In this document: positions 57,024 through 64,000 of the stretch, piece by piece
Numbering within the stretch: the stretch's first letter is position 1
Layout of the letters: every line of letters starts with the position of its first letter
Assembly (NCBI GenBank): GCA_001775055.1
Contig: MFBU01000022.1
Span: 3,278 to 67,277, forward strand
Length of the DNA stretch: 64,000 bases
From: Candidatus Curtissbacteria bacterium RIFCSPLOWO2_02_41_11
GTDB taxonomy: Bacteria; Patescibacteriota; Microgenomatia; Curtissbacterales; GWA2-41-24
Direction of reading: 5' to 3'
Made by a program: the position numbers and the translations under genes
Notes under the pieces: model-generated
Databases searched by the model: none
The model's input: the letters and a program-made list of their open reading frames with translations, nothing else
Told to the model about the DNA's origin: nothing

Positions 57024-58492
57024 GATTTGGAAAGCAAAGAGCCAATGATCATTTTAGCATCTTCCACCAGATGCTTTTTAAAAATAGCGAGTGAAAGCAC
57101 AAAATAAACTATTGCCCCAAAAAGGATAATTAAAATTAGACTAGGTATACCTTGCACAAAATTTTGCTGAATTGTTCTTATTAAGAGAAACATAACTATT
57201 GATGTTAAAAGCGGGCCAAAAATACTCCTTCCGACAGAAATTGGAATTTCCTTTTTAACAATATAGATCGTAATAAGTGATGTTGATGCAACAATAGCAG
57301 ATGCAATACCTACACCGACAAAACCAAAATTTAAAACTAGAGGAATCGTCAAAATCCATGTCGAAGCTGTCCAGAAAAGCATCAAATTTAAAACTATTTT
57401 GGAACGGCCAGTAGCAAAAAGTGCATTAGTAAAAGTTGTCGATATTGACGAAAAAATACTGTTAACTGCAAACAGGTACAGCAAAGGCAAAGCTGGCTCC
57501 CATTTTTGATATTTGGGAATTACCTCGATAAGTTTTGGAGCAATAGCAGTTATCCCAAAGACAGAAGGATAAACAAGATATGTAACAAAAAATAGAGATT
57601 TTTCGATGGCTTTGCCCAACTCTTGTTTATGTTCTTGGAGTCTTGAGTAAGCAGGGAAAGTAACTTTGTTAACACTATCCATAAAAAATCTAAGCGGTAA
57701 AAAGGCGAATTTTTGAGACCAACCGATGTAACCGATTTGACCGAAGGTAAGAATCTTGCCTAGAACAACAACCAGAAGATCATCTTTCAAAAGGGCAATA
57801 ATGCTATTTAACTGAAATGGTATTCCGAAGGATGTAAGTTTTTTGGCAATGTTTTTATCGAAACTAAAAGATGGTTTCCACGGGGCAAGAATATAAATGA
57901 GCATTAGACCGGCAATACCCCTAGCCAGCACAGCCCAGGTAAAACTTGTTATCCCAAATCCTAAAATAGCCAAGACAACAGCTGTTGTATAAAAAACAAT
58001 GTTTTCGGCAACTTGAGGAATAACAAGCTTTGTAAAATTTAATCCTCTCTCAAGAATAATGGAAGGGATTGTTTTTAAAGAAGAAAGCAAGAGAGAAAAA
58101 ATCAAGATCCTAACCAACCATAAACCTTGATTGTCAAGATTGTAAAAATCGGTTATGGTTTTTGAAAAAATCAACCCTAATAAAACAAGAATCGCAACAA
58201 TAGTTTGCTGGATTGTAAAGGTGGTAGACAAGTCTTTTTGGTTTAACTCTTCTTTTTTTTGAATAAGAGCGGCGGCAAGTCCAATGTCAGAAAAATAAAC
58301 GAAAATGTTAATTAAGGCTGAAACAAAAACGTAAATTCCATAAGTAGGCTCATCCAGTATAATTGTAAGAACAAAAACTGCTATGTAAGAGAAAATCTGA
58401 ATAAAGAAAGTTCTAAGAGTAAAAGTCACAACTCCCGATATTGCCTTCTTCTTGATTAACTCTAAGTCTAGTGAATATCGCGGATTTTCCAT
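57020..58492 (-). CDS. wzx: Wzx (WzxC-like) polysaccharide flippase
   Basis: 'SDIGLAAALIQKK', 'LER.LNF', 'FGIPF', 'VTFPAYSRLQ', 'KW.PA'; 490 aa, about 14 TM helices. Confidence 0.9.
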   Translation of the reverse strand: MENPRYSLDLELIKKKAISGVVTFTLRTFFIQIFSYIAVFVLTIILDEPTYGIYVFVSALINIFVYFSDIGLAAALIQKKEELNQKDLSTTFTIQQTIVAILVLLGLIFSKTITDFYNLDNQGLWLVRILIFSLLLSSLKTIPSIILERGLNFTKLVIPQVAENIVFYTTAVVLAILGFGITSFTWAVLARGIAGLMLIYILAPWKPSFSFDKNIAKKLTSFGIPFQLNSIIALLKDDLLVVVLGKILTFGQIGYIGWSQKFAFLPLRFFMDSVNKVTFPAYSRLQEHKQELGKAIEKSLFFVTYLVYPSVFGITAIAPKLIEVIPKYQKWEPALPLLYLFAVNSIFSSISTTFTNALFATGRSKIVLNLMLFWTASTWILTIPLVLNFGFVGVGIASAIVASTSLITIYIVKKEIPISVGRSIFGPLLTSIVMFLLIRTIQQNFVQGIPSLILIILFGAIVYFVLSLAIFKKHLVEDAKMIIGSLLSKS

Positions 58493-60213
58493 TGTCTGAT
58501 TATAAAGAAAAATAAAATTAGTAAAGATGTTAGACTTATTATATTGCCGGTAAACCTGTCGAAGGTATCTTTAAATTGTATTTCAACTCTATGAACTCCT
58601 TCGGGGATATTTAAGGTAATTAATTTAAGACGGTTATTGTCAGCTATTGTAAATTTTTTACCATCCACTTTAGCATTCCAGCCCGGAAAGTTAAAAACAT
58701 TAACCCTAACCTGTAATGGATCTTTAGCGTTAACAATAAAGTTGATCTTGGAAGGTGTCGAATTTAAACTGTTGATTTGAGCCAAACCGGATAATATTTG
58801 CACCTCCTCGGTCGGTATCTCTGACTTTTTGATATTCACGACATTGGTGCCTAACTCGCTTTTTTTTAGTTCAACTCCTTTCGGAATATATTCAAAGGAA
58901 GATTGAGAAATATCCCAGTTAATAATCTCTTCTGAAGTAGCAATTTCATCTGTTAAATCTGGGCGATATGTCTGTGGTTTAAAAAGTTTAAAGTTCGGGA
59001 TAGCAAGAAGGACTACAAGAATTAACGAAGCTATCAGTCTTAATATCGGCAATCTCAAAAGATAGACAAGTGCACCTGCTAGGATTGATGAGAAGAGTGA
59101 TGTGAATATTAGAAAACGCCAAGGGAATTGGGTATAGGCAAGAGGCGGTATCAAATCCCAAATCGGCTTTGAGTAAAAAGTGGTCATAAAGGCACTGAAT
59201 AGAAAAAGGACAAAGAAGACAATTGACAATTGACCCGCCTTCGCTAAAGCTTCGGCGGGCGAGCCATTGGCTCCTGAGAGTTTGAGTCTAATTAAATGAG
59301 CAATTGCCAGAACCGATGCTGCAATTGATGTGAAAACGTGCAGTTTGCCGATTTTGAAGGAAATCCCGTCGGTAAGACCAGCAGCAGAACCGCCAAAACC
59401 CCAAGGCCAGTTCCAAAGTTGTTGTGGGTAAATAAAGTGAATGTTGTAATTTGCGAGATTAACTAAAAGTAACTGATCAACAATAGTGTATTTTTTTTCA
59501 AGAAGGGCTGGTAGCCAAAAGAATGCGGAAAGTCCGAAAGAATAAACAATTGACGATAAACAATTGACGATAAACAATTTCTTATTTTCTGCTTTCCAAA
59601 TCAGAAATAGTAAATAAACTGGCAAGATGAGCATAAAGGGAAGAAATATCAGATTATGGGTAACCATCAGAAGTGCTAAAAAAATTGCTGATATGTAAAT
59701 GTAGAAAGCTTTTTCTGTCCTCTTTAGCCTATACAGTGACCAAAGGATTAGTGGTAACCAGACAAAAGAAAATGACTCACTCAATGCCCCTCTGACATAA
59801 ATGTCTAGGGCCCTGTAAGGTACTAAAAGATAAAAAACACTAGCTACAACCGCTGAATATTTATCCCAAAATTCCTTTGCTAGTATGTACATTGCGAAAC
59901 CTGAAGCAATAATTGATGCAAAAAAAACTAGTTTGATGGAATTTATGAAACCAGAACCTATTAGATGGAATAGTTCTCCAAGCATATAAACAAAAGGCGG
60001 ATAGAAAACAAACAATGGATAACCAAATCCGAATCCTAAACCATCAACCCAGCGGACAGGAAATTGACCTGATTTTAAAGCCTCGTCAAACAAAAAAAGC
60101 CTGGCTATTTGTTGGTCGTCATGAATGACATAAAGTCCAGGTTTTAAAAGAGGCAAAGAGATGACTATTGAAGCAAGAAGAATAACTAAGATTGCAACAA
60201 AATTTTTAATCAT
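58468..60213 (-). CDS. GT-C-like membrane protein ('PTPS-related' family), paralog of 41483-43234, with repeat insertions
   Basis: 'HDD...R', 'GQFPVRW', 'GYPLF.FYPP', 'PYRALDIYVRGALSE', 'QFPWRF', 'FPGW'. Start moved to ATG 60213, which overlaps the upstream stop. Confidence 0.8.
   Translation of the reverse strand: MIKNFVAILVILLASIVISLPLLKPGLYVIHDDQQIARLFLFDEALKSGQFPVRWVDGLGFGFGYPLFVFYPPFVYMLGELFHLIGSGFINSIKLVFFASIIASGFAMYILAKEFWDKYSAVVASVFYLLVPYRALDIYVRGALSESFSFVWLPLILWSLYRLKRTEKAFYIYISAIFLALLMVTHNLIFLPFMLILPVYLLFLIWKAENKKLFIVNCLSSIVYSFGLSAFFWLPALLEKKYTIVDQLLLVNLANYNIHFIYPQQLWNWPWGFGGSAAGLTDGISFKIGKLHVFTSIAASVLAIAHLIRLKLSGANGSPAEALAKAGQLSIVFFVLFLFSAFMTTFYSKPIWDLIPPLAYTQFPWRFLIFTSLFSSILAGALVYLLRLPILRLIASLILVVLLAIPNFKLFKPQTYRPDLTDEIATSEEIINWDISQSSFEYIPKGVELKKSELGTNVVNIKKSEIPTEEVQILSGLAQINSLNSTPSKINFIVNAKDPLQVRVNVFNFPGWNAKVDGKKFTIADNNRLKLITLNIPEGVHRVEIQFKDTFDRFTGNIISLTSLLILFFFIIRQWKIRDIH
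59218..59273. repeat. In-frame composite: GACAATT heptamers + REP-like hairpin CCCGCC-TTCGCTAAAGCTTC-GGCGGG + GAGCCATTGGCTC palindrome
   Basis: Read directly; encodes GANGSPAEALAKAGQLSIV. Confidence 0.85.
59542..59579. repeat. In-frame ATAAACAATTGACG 14-mer (2x7) tandem repeat, 2.7 copies
   Basis: Exact tandem duplication; encodes LFIVNCLSSIVY. Confidence 0.75.
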
Positions 60214-61639
60214 TGGGAATATAAATGTAAACTTGCTTATTAAATCCTTTCCTGAAATCAACAAGTAATTCACCCTTATTATAGTAGATAGAAAGCGTTG
60301 GATCATGGTAGATTGCCCAAATGGCAGCATCGCCAGAAAGCGTTTGTCTCTCCCAACGGCTATTAAGCGGATATAAAATTACTGAGTCTGAAGGCAAAGT
60401 TGGAAAGCTTCTTTTGAGATTGGTACTTGCTTCACGGGCAGTTTTCTGAGCTTCTATCATCCATGAATTTATTTTGTAAAAAGAGAGAGTTGTATAAGAA
60501 GTAAATATCCATATCAATAAAATGGGGATAACCATGAAACTGTTCCTACTTAGGATGACGAGATATGCAATCAAGAAATAGATACCCATAGAAGAAAGCG
60601 TTAAATACATTGTGAAGGTATGGTTTGGCAAAATTAAAACAGGGGAAATTCCAGCAACAAACCAGAAGAGAGCAAATGTTAATAAACGAATATTTAAATG
60701 TAATCTTTGCTTAAGAAGGTAAAATATTGGGAGCCCAATTCCAAGAGCCACAATCCATATTGCGCCTATAAAATTCTTTACGACTAAAGGCCAAAATTCA
60801 AGTAGAAACTTACTATTAAAAACGATCAGATTGTTTACTACTTGTTTTTTAAACTCTTCGGGAATATTAAAAGTCCAGAGAAAATACCAAAGCAGAGCCT
60901 TAATCAACTCTTGATTAAATGAAAGTTGATATTCAGTAATCTGCGGGATTTTAATAAAGAATAATCTTAAAATGATGTATATGAATGAGACTAAGATAAA
61001 AGGGGCAAGGATTTTAAGGGATTTCATGAGAGAATTTCCAAGAACTAAAAAATAATAAAATCCGAAAATAACCGGCCAAGTTACTGAAAATTCGAACGAG
61101 CCAATTGTAATTAGAAAAACAATTAAAGATAAAGCATAAAAAATTATTCTTTTTCTTTCAAGAAATTTTAGAAAAAGCAAAGAAGTCAAAAGCCAAAAAA
61201 AGGTCCCCGTTATATTGTAGGCAGCAGCTATCCAAGTTATTGCCATAAAGTGGATAGATGATGTAAGCCAAAAAAAAGCACTAAGAAAGCCTATCCAAAT
61301 ATTGCCTGTAATTTTCTTTACAAGAACAATTAGTAAAATTGCACTTGAAAATAAAAGAGCAAATGTTAACACCCTAAAACCGCTAGGATCAAATCCGAAT
61401 ATTTTTAAAGATAAGAAAAAATAATTCTGCAGACTTATTGGTCTATAAGCAATAATGTCATCTCTGAATTTAAAGAACTCTAAATACTGACCCAAGTTTT
61501 GAGCCTTTGAAATATTAATCTCGAAAAAATCATCTTGAAAAAAATAATAATTTAAACTCGAATGATAAAGAGCAAAAGAAATAAAAAATATTATTAAAAT
61601 CAGAATTGCAAAAGTCTTACTCGATAATCTTTCAATCAT
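60206..61639 (-). CDS. GT-C-type membrane glycosyltransferase (DD...YRP motif)
   Basis: 'YYFFQDDF', 'YRPI', 'H..AITW', 'E'; paralog of the next gene. Confidence 0.72.
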   Translation of the reverse strand: MIERLSSKTFAILILIIFFISFALYHSSLNYYFFQDDFFEINISKAQNLGQYLEFFKFRDDIIAYRPISLQNYFFLSLKIFGFDPSGFRVLTFALLFSSAILLIVLVKKITGNIWIGFLSAFFWLTSSIHFMAITWIAAAYNITGTFFWLLTSLLFLKFLERKRIIFYALSLIVFLITIGSFEFSVTWPVIFGFYYFLVLGNSLMKSLKILAPFILVSFIYIILRLFFIKIPQITEYQLSFNQELIKALLWYFLWTFNIPEEFKKQVVNNLIVFNSKFLLEFWPLVVKNFIGAIWIVALGIGLPIFYLLKQRLHLNIRLLTFALFWFVAGISPVLILPNHTFTMYLTLSSMGIYFLIAYLVILSRNSFMVIPILLIWIFTSYTTLSFYKINSWMIEAQKTAREASTNLKRSFPTLPSDSVILYPLNSRWERQTLSGDAAIWAIYHDPTLSIYYNKGELLVDFRKGFNKQVYIYIPND

Positions 61640-63056
61640 TTATCCTTGGGTTAATTTCAAAAATTTCAATACTTGATGGAAAAGTAAGCTCTCTTTGATG
61701 GGTTGTATAAATACTTTTTAAACTCGAATCATTATAAATAACTTGTATTGCATCTTGATCATTTAAAGATTGTTTGACATTTTCTTCTGTTTCAATCAAT
61801 GTAAAGCCATGCTTTTGGGAAAAGTCGATATCTGCAGGCTTTAGCACAAATAAAGAATCTGCAGCAGGCTTTTCAACTTTATTCACAATATAGCCTAGAT
61901 AAGCCTTGGAAATAGCCTGTTCGTTAACTGTCCAGTGAGTTTCTTTAGTAAAAGATAAGGTAAGATATGATGAAATAATCCAGATTGTAGAGAACATTAA
62001 CAAAAGTAAATTATTTTTTATTTGCAATTTTTCAAGACTTAAAGCGAAAAGATAAAACAGACCAATTGCTCCTACTGTCAAGTACATAGGGAATGCGTGC
62101 TTTGGTAACAAGAGTACTGGTGAGATGCCAAGAATAAACCATTCCACCCCTTTTATTATTTTTTTAAAATTAAGTTCCGACAAAAATACAGTAAATAGGA
62201 ATGTGATGATTAAGATTATCGGTAAGATCAAATACCTAATAAACTGAAGGCTTGCAATTATCGAAGATTTAGGTTTTGAAAAAAAGAAAATTGTAGACAT
62301 TTTTTCCGGGATGTTAAATGTCCAGACAAAATACCAAAATAGATTTGTTAAAATCCGAGGCCCAAAACCTATCTCATATTGATCTGTTCTTGGAAGAGGA
62401 AAAATAAAAAATCTTGCTATCAAATAAAAAATCGAGATAATTAAACAAGGCAATAATTTTTTTAATGTTGGCTTATTAATACCTTTTAAAATTAATAGAA
62501 TTGGAATAGCTATAAGAGTAAATTCCGATGCAGCAAGTGCAAAAAGGAAAAATGTAAAGGAAAAAATAATTTTTTGGGTTAAAAAAAGAATAAGAGTAGA
62601 AAGAATGAATGTAGGACCGATAACATAAGAAGTCGTTGAAAGCCAAGATAGAGGAACAAAATGGAAAGCAGCAGTTCCATATAAAAATGAGGACATTAAT
62701 GAAATTTTTTTACTAACTTTGAGTGTCCGAAAAAGGATATAGACGAGAATGATATTCAAAAAATGAAAAAAGAAGACAATCAGATGATATCCAAATGGTT
62801 TTAGATCAAAAAATACTTGGCCAATTTTAAAAAAAATCGGCATTGTAAGCGGCCGCCAGTAAATGATATCAGTGCGAAACTTAAAGAATGACCAAAAATC
62901 GTCAGTTCTAACCCAATTTAAAACAAACCAGTCGTCTTGAAAGAAATAATAACTAAGGCTTGGATAGTACAAATAAAAGCTTGCAGCAAAAATTCCCAAA
63001 AAGGCTAGAGGTATCTGGTATTTGCTAATTGTTTTTTTCAGTTTTGGGATACCCAT
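61632..63056 (-). CDS. GT-C-type membrane glycosyltransferase (DD...WRP motif)
   Basis: 'YYFFQDDW', 'WRPL', 'GYHL....H.LN', 'WTFNIPE' shared with its neighbour. Confidence 0.72.
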   Translation of the reverse strand: MGIPKLKKTISKYQIPLAFLGIFAASFYLYYPSLSYYFFQDDWFVLNWVRTDDFWSFFKFRTDIIYWRPLTMPIFFKIGQVFFDLKPFGYHLIVFFFHFLNIILVYILFRTLKVSKKISLMSSFLYGTAAFHFVPLSWLSTTSYVIGPTFILSTLILFLTQKIIFSFTFFLFALAASEFTLIAIPILLILKGINKPTLKKLLPCLIISIFYLIARFFIFPLPRTDQYEIGFGPRILTNLFWYFVWTFNIPEKMSTIFFFSKPKSSIIASLQFIRYLILPIILIITFLFTVFLSELNFKKIIKGVEWFILGISPVLLLPKHAFPMYLTVGAIGLFYLFALSLEKLQIKNNLLLLMFSTIWIISSYLTLSFTKETHWTVNEQAISKAYLGYIVNKVEKPAADSLFVLKPADIDFSQKHGFTLIETEENVKQSLNDQDAIQVIYNDSSLKSIYTTHQRELTFPSSIEIFEINPRIND

Positions 63057-63747
63057 GAAGTTTTTTATTTATAGCCCAAAGATACCACTTGAGATATTTG
63101 GGGAGCCATTTTTTAAGATAGAAACGGGACTCTTTAGCACTGTATGTCCAAGTAGTTGGCACTTCGGTGACTCTGTAACCATCAAAATGGGCCTTAACTG
63201 TCAGCTCAAGCGCCAATTCAAAACCCCCATCAGATTCGATTTTGACATTTCGCAAAAATTTTCTTGAGTAAAGTCGAAATGAATTGGTTGCATCGTGAGT
63301 CGATAGTCCCACTAGGAAATGGAGACTGATACCGGCAACTCGAGATAAAACTTGTTTGACAAGCGGACCTCCAATTTGTTGACCGCCTCTCATGTAGCGC
63401 GAAGCAGCAATTACGTCATAACCTTGATCAAACTTGTCCATCATTTTATCTAAGACCTTTGGATCGTCCGTTAAATCAGCCATCATTACACAAACCGATT
63501 CACCTTTTGCCAGTTTCAGGCCGGTCTTGAGGGCGTTTAATGCACCTTTGCCAAAAATATTTTTGACCAGTCTAACACTTGGGTATTTTTTCTGGAGTTT
63601 TTCAACAACTGGAACGGTTGTATCCTCATCCATATCATAGATAATTAAAAGTTCATGGGGTATTTTGACTTGCGACTCGACTTGGCGGATCGTTTGGCCG
63701 ATTATCTTGCCCTCGTTGTAAACAGGCATGACAATAGAAAGCTGCAT
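63025..63747 (-). CDS. GT2 DPM1-like polyprenol-phosphate glycosyltransferase
   Basis: 'VMPVYNE', 'MADL.DD', 'ASRYMRGG', 'DATNSFRLY', 'EVP'. Confidence 0.88.
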   Translation of the reverse strand: MQLSIVMPVYNEGKIIGQTIRQVESQVKIPHELLIIYDMDEDTTVPVVEKLQKKYPSVRLVKNIFGKGALNALKTGLKLAKGESVCVMMADLTDDPKVLDKMMDKFDQGYDVIAASRYMRGGQQIGGPLVKQVLSRVAGISLHFLVGLSTHDATNSFRLYSRKFLRNVKIESDGGFELALELTVKAHFDGYRVTEVPTTWTYSAKESRFYLKKWLPKYLKWYLWAINKKLHGYPKTEKNN

Positions 63748-63779
63748 GTCTTAGATTTTAACTTTTAAGAGGATTGAGG

Positions 63780-64000
63780 TCAAAGATCACGCCATTTAGC
63801 TTCGAAGATATCACCGAGGCCTTCTGTTTGTTTCTTGGCTAAATGACTTTCCAATGACTTAACTGTAAAAATAATTTTATTAGTCCTAAAGATATTCCAA
63901 ACATCACAAATGACGCAATTTGCCGAGACTAGTTTCTTGACTTTGGCAATATCCAGATTTTGGTAATATGAATGGTTAGTCGCCAAAAAGATAAGGTCAG
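63780..64000 (-). CDS. C-terminus of a UDP-glucose/GDP-mannose (nucleotide-sugar) dehydrogenase, truncated by window edge
   Basis: Frame is open to the edge; 'DLIFLATNHSYY...VICDVWN' matches the end of the UDP-binding domain. Confidence 0.65.
   Translation of the reverse strand, partial: DLIFLATNHSYYQNLDIAKVKKLVSANCVICDVWNIFRTNKIIFTVKSLESHLAKKQTEGLGDIFEAKWRDL

Noticed and set aside
60214-60330. Apparent 125-nt overlap between 58468-60330 and 60206-61639
   Set aside because: Artefact of an upstream TTG; ATG 60213 gives the usual short overlap and matches the paralog's N-terminus.
1195-63056. TGA-to-Gly recoding (code 25) as in some CPR lineages
   Set aside because: ORFs are full length under code 11, and TGA repeatedly serves as the stop in ATGA stop/start overlaps.
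1776-63640. About 35 short ORFs (60-122 aa) in the track that lie antisense to or out of frame within larger genes, e.g. 9595-9963, 20368-20700, 56716-57048
   Set aside because: They are wholly or almost wholly nested in well-supported CDS and show no recognisable motifs; expected shadow ORFs.

Overview
This AT-rich, very densely packed 64-kb window is almost entirely one cell-surface glycosylation region. It holds about 54 CDS, mostly on the minus strand and often with overlapping stop/start codons. The CDS at each edge is truncated. Content: roughly 21 soluble glycosyltransferases (GT2, GT4, CgeB-like), four of them DPM1/ArnC-like lipid-phosphate-sugar synthases, and about 16 polytopic GT-C-type membrane proteins (PMT/ArnT-like tandem array, PIG-V-like, YfhO-like, a DD/RP-motif pair). 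There are also two Wzx-like flippases, a Wzm/Wzt ABC exporter, small flippase/accessory membrane proteins, five methyltransferase domains, sugar oxidoreductases and one isolated CAD-like dihydroorotase. Gene content and leaderless-type -10 boxes suggest a Patescibacteria/CPR (Microgenomates-like) genome using code 11; this is inference only. I saw no rRNA, tRNA, CRISPR array, transposase or integrase. The most unusual signal is below gene level: several unrelated families of tiny repeats and palindromes (7-mer arrays, inverted 9-mer arrays, 22-27 nt REP-like hairpins, a ~120 nt inverted repeat) occur between genes and also in frame inside genes. Three different ones occupy the same loop of three neighbouring GT-C paralogs. 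There is also an unannotated 9-codon basic ORF (MAKKRKKKR) with a perfect Shine-Dalgarno sequence followed by a long hairpin/terminator. All product calls come from motifs recognised by eye; no searches were run.
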